Below are positions 52,041 to 64,000 of a stretch of 64,000 bases of DNA, in pieces (the first letter of the stretch is position 1; the number at the start of each line of letters is the position of its first letter). A program made the translations under genes and the position numbers. The DNA is from Malacoraja senta (lineage: Eukaryota), in contig CM075989.1 of the NCBI GenBank assembly GCA_038087875.1, positions 19,718,001 through 19,782,000 on the forward strand, given 5' to 3'. Under the pieces are notes generated by a model. That model made no database searches and had not been told where the DNA came from. It was given only the letters and a program-made list of their open reading frames with translations.

Positions 52041-54293
52041 ACTGTGCCACCGTGCCGCCCAAAGCTTAAACAAAGCTAAATATTGGTTGTGTGCAATGTT
52101 ATAAATTTTAGATTTAGGTTTATTATTATCACGTGTACCAAGGTACAGTTAAAAGCTTTGTTTTGTATGCCGTTCAATCAGATTAGATAATATTATACAT
52201 AAATGCAACCAATCCAAAGTACAATAGGTGGAGCAAAGGGGAAGATACAAAGTACAGAATATTGTCCTCAGCATTGTTGTGCATCAAATCAGTGCCAGAG
52301 ACAAAGTCCAATGTCCGCAATGGGGTAGAGGTGGATCGGACAGTACCCTAGCTTATGGAAGGACGGTTCGGAAGCCTGATAAGAAAGGGGAAGAAGCTGT
52401 TCCTCAGTCTGTGTTGTGCACACTTTTACACTTACACCCTCCAGGAGCGGAGAGAAGAAGGAATGACCAGCGAGGGACAAGTCTTTGATTATGTTCAATG
52501 ATTCAATGAAATTATGTTGGCAGCTTTTCCAAGGCAGTGTGAAACATAGAGAGTGGGTGATGAGGAATCTGGTCTGTGTGATGGACTGGGCTACATCTAC
52601 ACCTCTCTGCAATTTCTTGCGGTCTTCGGCAAAGCTGTTCCCATATGATGCAACCCGACAGTCTGCTTTCTGTGGTGCATTTGTGGAAGCAACAAATCAT
52701 TGGTTTCTGGAGTTATGTAAAACCGTGGTCTTTGGCTCCATTGATGCTGCCTCACCCGCTGAGTTTCTCCAGCATTTTTGTCTACCATATGATCAGCAAA
52801 ATTCCTTTCGCCCTCTCATTGTCATGACAACTGTGCTTTACTGTGGTGATGAGTGGGGGAAGAGTTTTATCCTATTTCAATAGACTCATTATCAATGTAT
52901 CTATGTGAACAGAGCACAAAGTGCTGGAGAAAGTCAACACGTTCCATAATTCATGGCAGCAGGCCCTTCGGCCCAACTCATCCATGCTGACTAAGATGTC
53001 CCATCTAAGCAAGAACCACCTGCCCACGTTTGACCCATATCCCTCTAAACCTTTCCTATCCATGTACTTCTCCTAATGTCTTTCAAATGTTATTGGTATT
53101 TGGCTCAATGACCTCAGGCAGCTCTTCCCACCGCCCTCTGTATGAAATTCTTGCCCTTCAGGTTCCTATTCAATCTTTTCTCTCCTATCTTAAATGTATG
53201 CACTCTAGTTCTTGTTTACCCTATTTTGAGAAAAAAAAGACTGTGCATCCACCCTATCCATTACCCTGATGATTTGATGCACCTCTATAAGATCACTTCA
53301 GATAGATGCTGTCAGACTGAACTAGACATCAAACTGGGCGGGGACAGGAGGGATATTGATGACATGCAAGCAGATGAGAATGATTTAACTTTACATCAAA
53401 GATCATACTCTATGATCTTTGTTTTACATCATGTTCAGCACAGACATTGTGGACAGATGGGCCTGTTCATGTGCTGTACACTTCATGTTCTATATTCAAC
53501 GTAAATGCCAATTGCAGACCCTTCAAATTCTGTGAAGGTTCACAATTCTCTCAGGGAATACTGAAGTAAATGCTTCTCAAATGGTCAATGGTTCTTTATT
53601 AAAGAGGTAGAGAGTGACATTTTTTTTGCATACAGTTCAGTAAAGTATTGCCATATCTAACTAAGCACAATCCCAGATTAGAACAAAGTGCAAAGAAATA
53701 GTCAACTGAGGCCGCATGAAAGGGTCGCCAGGTTTTGGCGCCATTTTTCAAAGTCCAGTGTCCAGGCGCGGACCCCCAGGGCCTCCAACCGTCGTCCCTC
53801 TCCTCGCCCGGCCCGGACCGGCCCACCACGAGGGCGCAGAAGGTAAGACCCCGGTCCACTCTCTAACCTTGCTCTTACAACGATTTAATGGACACCAACC
53901 TTTTCGAACGCTCTTTAAAATCAGAGATCTCCGTTTCATGCTTCCAACTTTCAATGCACAACAGCCCCACGGTGGTGGAGTTGCTGCTTTGCAGCGCCAG
54001 AGACGCGGGTTCGATCCCGACTGCGGGTGCTGTCTGTGCGGAGTCTGTACGTTCTCCCCGTGGGTTTTCGCCAGGAGCTCTAGTTTCCTCCCACACTCCA
54101 AAGACATACAGGCTCTTTGGTTAATCGGCTTGGTATATAAGTATGAATTGTCCCTCGTGTGGGATAGTGTTAGTGTGCGGGGGATCGTTGGTTGGCGTGG
54201 ACTCGGTGGGCCGAAGGGCCTGTTTCTATAAACCGAACTAAACATGTGTAAGTGGATTAGATGCAGAAGTCACACAAACGCCGGGGTACTTAC

Positions 54294-54372
54294 ATAGATT
54301 GCTGTGTGAGTGAAGGGCAGTTTTGTCTGTTCAATGCATTGGCCACTGGTGACATTCCATAGGCACATCTCC
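54294..54372 (-). CDS. WDR72: WDR72 coding exon 3 (79 nt)
   Basis: [26 protein letters not shown]; cttttcag acceptor, TAT|gtaagt donor; phase 2 to 0. Confidence 0.93.
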
Positions 54373-57301
54373 CTGAAAAGTCAACCTCTAGGTTATTTTT
54401 CACAGCGTCTCTAATCAATTGACCAAAACGACTTCACAGCAACAAGGTTTCCTTTAATGCCCCTAGTTCATAGTGGTCGGACAATTTTTTGTTGTTGTCG
54501 TTATTGTTGTCAATTACTGCACAAGGCAGTGTTGTGGCCATTATTTAAATCTGCTCCTTGCTGTCGGAGTATCCCACAGCTCAGCTTGAAGCCAAGATTC
54601 AAGAGAGTTTATTGTCATGTGTCCCAGATAGGACAATGAAATTCTTGCTTTGCTTCAACACAACAGAATATAGAAGGCATGAATACAGAACAGATCAGTG
54701 TGTCCATATACCATTATATAAATATATACACACATGAATAAATAAAAAGATAAAGTGCAAATAAACAGATAATGGTCTATTAAAGTTCAGAGTTTTGTTT
54801 CAGTTGAGTTTAATAGCCTGATGGCTGTGGGGAAGTAACTATTCCTGAACCTGAACCTGAAGGTAGCAGGGAGATGAGTGTGTGGCCAGGATGGTGTGGG
54901 TCCTTGATGCTGCCAGCCTTTTTGAGGCAGCGACTGCGATAGATCCCCTCGACTGAAGGGAGGTCAGAGCCGATGATGGACTGGGCAGTGTTTACTACTT
55001 TTTGTAGTCTTTTCCGCTCCTGGGCACTCAAGTTGCCGAACCAAGCCATGATGCAACCGGTCAGCATGCTCTCAGCTTGAACACACAGCTTGAAACCCAG
55101 TAACTAACCCACATGCCGTCTGTAACAAATTGCAGGCGGACCAGCAATATGGGTTGTCAATGTGGATTGTTCATCATTTGTGTGAGTCACATCCAATTAA
55201 CAAATGCTGCCTTTCATCCAAATTAAACCTGATATTCTTGAAAGCGCCATGCATCCTGGAGACTTCCAGCTTTATTTATCTTCCCGCTGTCTCATTGCTA
55301 GGCTAAGGTTTCTTTCCATTCCCTTTTTTTAAAACACACTGCCACCCCTTGGAAATGCAATGAATTGGAGGAGCTCCAATCCAGAGCAGAAAAAAGCAAA
55401 GTGATGGAGGATTTGTTTAAGAAGGAACTGCAGATGCTGGAAAATCGAAGGTAGACAAAAGTGCTGGAGAAACATCTGCAGCAGCATCTATGGAGCGAAG
55501 GAAATAGGCAACGTTTCGGGCCGAAACCCGAAGGTGCAGCGAAACTCAGCGGGTGCAGCAGCCCGAAACGTTGCCTATTTCCTTCGCTCCATATATGCTG
55601 CTGCACCTGCTGAGTTTCTCCAGCATTTTTGTCTACCAAAGTGATGGAGAAACTCAGATAGTCAGGGGGGAGGTGGGCGGGGGGAGGGAGAGGGGAGAGG
55701 GAGAGGGAGAGAGGTGAGAGAAAGATATACAAGGAACTGATGCTGGAATCATGCATAGATGAGGGAGAGTATTAAATTGCCACGTGCACTGATAACAGAA
55801 CAATGAAATTCTTACTTGCAGCAGCATTTCAGGTCTGTAAATGCAATACACACAGATATTATATCATTTAAAAAATCAATAAATTAATAACGACAATACT
55901 AGTGCAAAGAAACCCGTCATCCTTAGTGCAGCCTGATGGTCGTTGGGAAGAAGCTATTCTTGAACCTGGTGGTCATGGTTACCTTCTCCCTACTACCACT
56001 GGGAGGAAGGTACAGGAGCCTGAAGACCGTGACCTCCAAGTTCAAGAACAGCTTCTTCCCAACAACCATCAGGCTCTTGAACACTGCACAACACTATCTG
56101 CAATCCTACACCAGACTTCAGTTTTGCACAACTATAGTCTGGATTCTAAGTATCACTGATTATTAATTTATTGTATTATTGATTATAGTATATTTATTGT
56201 ATGTTATTACAAGGACAGTCCTGTCAACCTGTTGTAAAGAAGAGTTGCATTATTCCATTGCTGACAATCAAACACTCTTTCACTCTTGATATTTACAAGT
56301 TCAGACATTATAAGAGTAGAATTAGGCCATTCAGCCCATTGATTCTACTCCGCCATTCAATCATGGCTGGTCTCTGCCTCCTAATCCCATTTTCCTGCCT
56401 TCTCCCCATAATCCTGGACACCCATTCTAATCAAGAAGACCATGGTACCATTCTACCATGGTATATATTATTTCTTCCTCTCAATGTTGTTTGCTCTACC
56501 TATTGCACTTGAGTTTGACTTCATTTTGTTCATGTATTTATCAACATGAATTTATCTGTAATATTATTGGAAAGATTGGATAGCGTGCAAAAGAAAGCTT
56601 TTCACTGTACCTCGGTACACGTTACAATAATAAATCTACACCTAAACCTTGAACCCACTCCTGACCAGCAACCCTCTTCCTGATGAAATTGACCTGAGAT
56701 ATCATCTCTGTTTCTCCCTCCTATTTGCTGCCTGTCCAGCTGAGCATCTCCAGCATTTTATTGCAGATCCCCAGCATCTGCGGCATTTTTCTTTTTACCC
56801 TTTTCTACCTTGTTCTACCTTCTGTAAAGGGCATCAAATAGAAATGAGTTGTTATTAAGATTGAACCCAGTGCGTGTATTCTTCTGCTGATGTGACATGA
56901 TATTGTGGTGCCATAAAAATCCACTTGCTTAATGAAGCGTATACTTTAATTAAAGAATGTCGTGTGGACATCAGGGAGAGCAGGATCTTTGAAACATGCT
57001 CATTTGCTGTTCACATTCCTATAAATGATTGAGGCTTATATTCTTCCTCCATGTGTAGCTGACAATTGTAAAAATAATTGGTAAAAACGTTCCAAACTGA
57101 ACTAACTCAAGGAGTAAATGCAGGAGTTTTGTTGGCTTTACCTTGCACTAAACGTTATTTCCTTGTAATGGCTCATTTGTAATCATGCATTGTCTTTCTG
57201 CTGACTGGATAGTTCGCAACAAAAGCTTTTCACTGTACCCCGGTAGATGTGACAATAAACTAAACTGAACTGAACTGAGCTGACTTCATTTGTTAGTCTG
57301 T

Positions 57302-57975
57302 TTAGTTTTAGCTTAGAGCATACAGCGTGGAAACAGGCCCTTCGGCCCACTGAGTCCGAGCCGACCTTCGATCACCCGTATACTAGTTCTATCCTACACA
57401 CTAGGGACAATTTTACGCAGCCAATTAATCTACAAACCTGCATGTCTTTGAGGTGTGGGAAGAAACTAGAGCACCCGGAGAAAACCCACACGATCATAAG
57501 GGAGAACATACAAACAGACAGCCCCCATAGTCTGTATCGAACCCGGGTCTCTGGCGCTGTAAGGCAGCAACTCTACCGCCGCACCACTGTGTTGCCCGAC
57601 ATGTTTGAACATTGAACATTGAAATACGGTCACCCTAACACTCCATCACTCAAATGGAAAAAGTCCCAAGAGACGGCCATGGTGGCGCAGCAGTATAGTT
57701 ACTGCCTTACTGCACTTGCAGCGCCGGAGACCCAGGTTCGATCCTGACTACGGGTCTTGTCTGTACAGAGTTTGTACATTCTACCTGTGACCGTGTGGGT
57801 TTTTTCCCCCAGATCTTCGGTTTCCTACCACACTCAAAATACGTACAGGTATGAAGGTTAATTGGCTTGGTGTATGTGTAAGTTGTCCCTAGTGTGTGTA
57901 GGATAGTGTTAGTGTGCGGCGATCACTGGTCGGTGGGCCGAAGGGCCTGTTTCTGCTCTATATCTCTAAACTAAA
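57302..57975. mobile_element. Head-to-head pair of V/HE1-type SINEs
   Basis: Minus copy about 57302-57597 and plus copy about 57673-57975, roughly 75 bp apart. Confidence 0.85.
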
Positions 57976-58423
57976 CAAATAAAACTAAACTAAAAGGACT
58001 TGGAAAAAGTCCGAAGGGCAGTGTATAACTGGTTTAGCCACTGCCTCACAGAACCAGAGACCCGGGTTCACTGCTGTCCTTAGGTGTTGTCTGTGTGGAG
58101 TTTGCACAACTGGGTGGGTTCCCTCCGGGTGCCCCGGATTCCTCCCACATCCCAAAGACGTGCCGGTTTGTAGGCTAGCTAGCCTCTGAAATTCACCCCT
58201 AGCGTGTGGAGAGTGGATGAGAAAGAGGGATAGCACAGAACTACTACGAATGGGTGATCGGTGGTCGACGTGGACTCAGCGGGCCTCGGGCCGGTTTCCA
58301 TGCTGTATCTTAAAATTAAACCTAAAAGGCGAGCATGGGGAAACCGACCTCTTTTGGACTCATCTGGTGCAAGGCAAGAACTTTACAGGAACGCTCAACC
58401 AATCTATCTAGTCAGAAGACTCA

Positions 58424-58579
<156 letters not shown>

Positions 58580-59151
58580 CTACTTTGTCTCCCAATGACG
58601 CTCACCGCAGTGTTATGGCCACAGCAGTCCCGACACCACACAATATTATTGTGAAAGCAAAAAAAAAAAAGAGTTGGGTTGTTTTGAAACAAAATAAGAT
58701 CTCACATGATAACTACAAGATTGTCATAGCAAAGACTTAAAATAGCCATGTGTAAGAAAGAACTGTAGATGCTGGTTTAGATCGAAGGTAGACACAAAAT
58801 GCTGGAGTAACTCAGCGGGACAGGCAGCATCTCTGGAGGGAAGGACTTCAGTCTGAAGAAGGGTCTCGACCCAGAAACTTCTCTCCAGAGATGCTGCCTG
58901 TCCCGTTGAGTTACTTTAAAAAGCCAAGCGTATGACAGGATGACTTGTGAAATTATATTGTTCAAAATTATATCTGCTCAAAATTATATCTGCTCGTAAC
59001 AATTCTTGATAATTCATGTATTATGTGAATGTTACAATGCATTTCACCCCTCTTATTTAATCACTTCAAAGAACTAGAAGAAGCTTTAGAATGAAGATTT
59101 TTATTTTCCTTTGTAAAATGGCTCTTTCAGCACAGTGCACCTACTAATAAT

Positions 59152-59405
59152 AGGCCTAGACTGTGGAACAGCATCCCTCTTCCCATCAGAACTGCCCCCT
59201 CCAGTCGAGACTTAAAACTCATCTTTACTCTCAAGCCTTTCTTGACGTCCTCTGAGGGAGGGCTATATGTATGTATTTATGTATGTACGTAATCTATGAA
59301 CCACTGTTGTATAACGTTAGTACCTCCACCAATGTAAAGCACTTTGGTCAACAAGAGTTGTTTTTTAAATGTGCTATAGAAATAAAAGTGACTTGACTTG
59401 ACTTG
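59152..59405 (+). mobile_element. L2-type LINE 3' end
   Basis: PRLWNSIPLPIRTAP...LKTHLYSQAF remnant, tgtaaagcactttgg...tgtgctatagaaataaa 3' end, (GACTT)n tail. Confidence 0.65.
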
Positions 59406-59847
59406 CTAGATAATGGAACTGTACACAGGGACAGGCCCTTCGGCCCACAATGTACTCGCAAACAAGACGCCAAGTTAAACTAATCTTATCTGCTTGGACA
59501 AGATCCATAACACCTCCATTCTCCGTATCTCCTGATTTTTTCAATCCGCCGAGAAGGTTATTGGCTGCAACCTCCCCCCATTGACGAACTGTACACAGCA
59601 AGGGCCAGGAAGCGAGCGGGTAAGATCATCTCTGACCCCTCTCACCCTGGCCACAAACTCTTCGAAGCACTTCCCTCTGGAAGGTGACTCCGGACTGTCA
59701 AACCTGCCACAGCCAGACATCAACTGACCTGTTCTTGTGCTGTTCTATGTTCCACGTTAAATCAGACATTTTCAATCACTTGTACATTCGCAACATAGAA
59801 GCAATGAGATAATCATTTCCTGAGACGTTTTCATGCAAAGTACTAAC

Positions 59848-60000
59848 CTTGAAATCAGGCGACAGATTCCAGAGGCATATCTGACCTTCCTGACTTCCCG
59901 TCACGATGGTCCGCTGGTCGTCAGTCAGCATTAGGGCACAGATGGAATGAGATGGTGCTTTCCTGCCCCACACTGCAATGGACTGCACAATGCTCTTCAT
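59848..60000 (-). CDS. WDR72: WDR72 coding exon 1 (153 nt; acceptor places exon start at 60013, giving 13 nt of 5'UTR)
   Basis: [51 protein letters not shown]; acceptor tttctctgatgtccag, donor AAG|gttagt. Confidence 0.95.
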
Positions 60001-61148
60001 GGTCACTACGTACCTGGACATCAGAGAAATAGAGTCTCAGACACGTACAGCAGAGAAACAGGCCCATCGGCCTAACCCGTCCATGCCAAAAAAGATGCCC
60101 CATCTAAGCTAGGCCCATTTGCCCACGTATGGTCCACATTCCACTAAATCGTGTCTATTTATGTACCTGGTCAAATTTTCTTTTAAATGCTACTATTGAA
60201 CCTGCCTCAACTACCTCCTCTGGCATCTCATTCCATATAACCACCACAGCGAGAAGAAGTTGCCCCTCAGGTTCCTATTAAATCTTTCCCCTCTCACCTG
60301 AAACCTATGCCCTCTAGTTTTTGATTCCCCAACTGGCGAACAAGACGGTGTACATTCACCTTAACTATTCACCTGACAATATAAACTAATTGCACATCAA
60401 TTATATATTTCCAGCATTATGACATCCTACAGCAGGGTGACCAAAACTGAGCACTGTGCTCCAAGTGTGGCCTCACCCAACGTCTTGTACAACTGTAACA
60501 TAGTGTACTAACTTCTATACTCAATACCCTGACTGATGAAGGCCAATGTACCAAAATACTTCTTGACCAACCTATCTACCTGTGATGTTACCTTCAGGAA
60601 ACAATGTATCTGTACTCCTAGATACTGCTCTATAACACTCTCCAGGGTCCTACCATTCACTGTGTAGGTCCTGAACTGGTTTGACTTCCAAAAATGCAAC
60701 ACCTCGCACTAATCTGCATTAAACCCCATGAACCATTCCTCAGCCCACTTTGTGTATGAAACTGCAGATGCTGGTTTAAACTGAAGATAGACACAAAAAG
60801 CTGGAGTAACTCAGCGGGACTGAAGAAGGGTCTCGACCCAAAACGTCACCCATTCCTTCTCTCCAGAGATGCTGCCTGTTACTCCAGCTTTTTGTGTCTA
60901 TCCTCAGCTCACTTTCCCAATTGATCAAGAGCCTGTTGTAATCTTTTGACGACCTCTACACGATCTACGACACCATCCACTCCTAGTGTCATCTGCAAAT
61001 TTACTAATCATGCCTTGTACATTATCATTAAAATGGTTAACTATTTCCTTGCATTTTAGTTTGTCAGGATATGTCTCTTCGTTAATTAGTGGAATATGTC
61101 AAGAGTACCGACAATGACACAATTGAATCCTTACTTGCTGCAGCTTCA

Positions 61149-61555
61149 AGGGCCTGTCCCACTTACGCGACCTTTACAGGCGACTGCCGGCACCCGTGAT
61201 AGGTCGCCGAAATTTTCAACATGTTGAAAATTTAGTGGCGACCAGAAAGACGCTACGACTCTTTGGAGACCTCTCATGACCATAGGAGACCTCTCACGAC
61301 CATACAGACGACCCCTGGCGACATGTCGCGGGTGACCTCTCACAACTATAGGAGACCATACAGCCTGTATAGCCGTGACATGTCGCCAAGGGTCACCAGT
61401 ATGGTCGTGAGAGGTCTCCTATGGTCGTGAGGGGTCTCCAAAGAGTCGTAGCGTCTTTCTGGTTGCCGCTAAATTTTCAACAGGTTGAAAATTTCGGTGA
61501 CCTATCACGGGTGCCGGCAGTCGCCTGTAACGGTCGCGTAAGTGGGACAGGCCCT
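61149..61555. mobile_element. PIF/Harbinger-type MITE with long palindromic arms
   Basis: AGGGCCTGTCCCACTTACGCGACC...GGTCGCGTAAGTGGGACAGGCCCT; arms of about 180 bp; TCA/TAA flanks. Confidence 0.88.
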
Positions 61556-61882
61556 TAACAGGTCCGTAAGCATAACGTGATCACAAAATGCAATAAATTA
61601 ATGACCACAATAGCAGGTTCTAGAACAGCTTCTTCCCAACAACTGTCAGGCTGTTGAACACCACAAACACCAACTAAACTATGAACTATACCTGTCTTGT
61701 TTGCACTAAAGACTTTGGGGATTTTGCAGTAATATCAGAATTTTTAATTTACTGATTTGTTATTGTTTATTATGTTATCCTGTGTGCTGTGCTTACAGGC
61801 CTGTTATGATACAGCAAGTAAGAATTTCTTTATTCCATTGTTGGTACATATGACCATTAAATACTTCCTGGCTCTTAACACA

Positions 61883-62195
61883 AGGGGCAGCACGGTGGTG
61901 TAGCAGTAGAGTAGCTGCCTTACAGCGCCAGAGACCCGGATTCAATCCTGACTACGGGTGCTGTCTGTACAGAGTTTGTGCGTTCTCCCTGTGACCTGTG
62001 TGAGGTTTCTCCGGGATCTTTGGTTTCCTCCAACACTCCAAAGACTTGCGGGTTTCTAAGTTAATTGGCTTGGTATAATTGTAAATTGTCCCGGGTGTGT
62101 GTAGGATAGCATTAGTGTGCAGGGATCACTGGTCAGCGCAGACCCGGTGGGCCAAAGGGCCTGTTTCTGTGCTGTATCTCTAAACTAAACTAAAC
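61883..62195 (+). mobile_element. V/HE1-type SINE
   Basis: Same consensus. Confidence 0.85.
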
Positions 62196-64000
62196 ACAAG
62201 GTAACCATAAAATTGCAAAAATTGAAGTCCGTATGTAATCGAAGACACAGTCCAAAGTTGATCCTAGTTGCTGAGGTTAGTGTTGTGCAGTGTTCAAGAG
62301 TTTGATAGTTGCTGGGCAGAAGCTGCTCTTGAACCTGGAGGTCACGTTTTTCAGGCTCCTGTACCATTTTCCCTGGGTTCCACCGTTCTTACCTGTCAAT
62401 CTATGATGTTGTCATAGTGAACAACTGGTTAGGGCCTTTTGAGATTTTATGAATTCACCTAAAATTGCGTTATCACCTAAATGTGATTTCATCTGCCTGT
62501 GAAATGCTGATCAGCAGACAGGGTCCTTGTTAAAGGCTTGTTAACCTCATGAATACCGGGAATGTGCTGACAGAACCATTTTATTGCAGATGCTTGCTCC
62601 TCTATTCTGACAGCCTTTGAACCAATATTCAATCTCTGCCAGACCTACCTGTAACTGGACAATTCTACCTGAAATCCCTTGCTAAACATGCAGACTGTGG
62701 TGGGGCGGCATGGTGGAGCAGCGGTAGAGTTGCTGCCTTACAGCGCCAGAGATCCTGTCTACGGGTACTGTCTGCACGTAGTTTGCACGATCTCCCTGTG
62801 ACCGCGTGGGTTTTCTCCGGGTGCTCCGGTATCCTCCCACATCCCAAAGGCGTACAGGTTTGTAGATTAATTGGCTTCTGTATAATTGTAAATTGTCCCT
62901 AATGTGTAGGATAGTGCTAGTGCACGGGGTGAAGGCTGGAAGGCTGTGGGCTGAAGTTACCTGTTTCCACACTGTATCTCAAAAGCCTAAAGTAAAGTCT
63001 AAATGTTCATAGGTTCTAGGAGCGGAATAAGGTCAGTCGGCCAATGAAGTCTACGCCGCCATTCAATCATGGCTGATCTATCTTTCCCTCCTAACCCCAT
63101 TCTCCTGCCTTTGCCCCATATCCTGTGACACACTTACTAATCAAAAATCTATCAATCTACACCTTAAAAGTCCATTGACACGGCCCGCACAGCCGACTGA
63201 GGCAATGAATTCCACAGATTCACCACCCTCTGACTATAGACATTCCTTCTCATTTCCTTCCTGACGGTACGGCCTTTTATTTTGAGAATAATTTTTTTCT
63301 GGGAGGAATGCAAAGTTGCAAAATTCCATTGCTCACAAATTTCACAACCCTGCGTGGTCAATACATTAAAAAATGATTTCCTCTGCTCACGATACCTTCA
63401 CTGAGTGGGTCTAAGGTGTAGACTGTTTTCTGATTTGAATGGCTAGCATGCAAACAAAAGCTTCTTGTTCAACCCTGGTACACAAAACAATCACAAACCT
63501 AAACTTGAACTTAAACGAGGAAAAATATCATGAACTTTGCACACAAAACAGTCAGCCCTGGAGCACTCAACGTGATCAAGAGTCAAGAATGTTTAATTGT
63601 CATGCTTACCGACAAGAGAACAATTACAATTTTTCGTGGTTTTTTGGAAAATATGGTCGGTTTTCCGAAAGATTCTTCATGCTATATGTTTGAAATTACA
63701 GGCCAAAATATTTTACATCACCACAAAACCAGCAAAATTAATCGAGCGTTACTTAAACTATTATGCACTTTAGAAAATGTACCTTCGATATTTAATGAAA
63801 GGCAGCACCACTTGTCCACTGCGGGAATAGCACAGACAAGTCACACCTGACCCCAGGGAGTTGCAGCTTTGTGTGAAATATTGTCCGTGTTACTGCAGGA
63901 CAAAACTGCATTCACAGCATTAAAAGCACATCTGTGACAAACTGCACGGGAGTACCCGCACTGTAAATTACTCTCCTGATCACACAAATAGTTATTGCCT

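Noticed and set aside
58963..58995. 16-bp tandem duplication caaaattatatctgct
   Set aside because: Ordinary slippage duplication with no further structure.
60001..60021. N-terminal extension MSRYVVT of WDR72
   Set aside because: The upstream ATG lies on the intron side of the acceptor at 60014-60016; the ATG at 60000 matches the conserved start.
63780..64000. Non-coding first exon or promoter of WDR72
   Set aside because: Only a weak donor-like CAG|gtgtga near 63846, with no CpG island or other support.

Overview
Repeat-rich vertebrate genomic DNA. The repeat families (tRNA-derived V/HE1-type SINEs, CR1/HER1-type LINEs, Penelope-like fragments) point to a cartilaginous fish, probably a skate or ray; this is inference. 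The only host gene I can support is WDR72 on the minus strand. I traced 12 consecutive GT-AG coding exons from the ATG at 60000 down to 28435, and the gene should continue past the left edge. As assembled, coding exon 10 (36794-37037) has two single-base deletions giving a stop at about codon 426. A neighbouring young CR1 copy shows similar homopolymer losses, so assembly error is at least as likely as real gene loss. The introns hold a structurally complete but coding-dead DIRS1-like tyrosine-recombinase retrotransposon (14881-19493). It has ITRs, an ICR, gag/RT/RNase H/methyltransferase/YR remnants, a precise ATT junction inside a CR1 tail, and possible splice signals. Also present: four PIF/Harbinger-type MITEs, three with a shared palindromic motif and one with a half-site; an 886-bp foldback element; a 131-bp element with an 8-bp TSD; a 396-bp TSD-flanked short retroposon; and many Penelope-derived repeats with minimal hammerhead-ribozyme cores. 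Family names and homologies come from recalled knowledge, not database searches. I found no wholly new biological system that I can firmly support. There are no prokaryotic features or CRISPR arrays.
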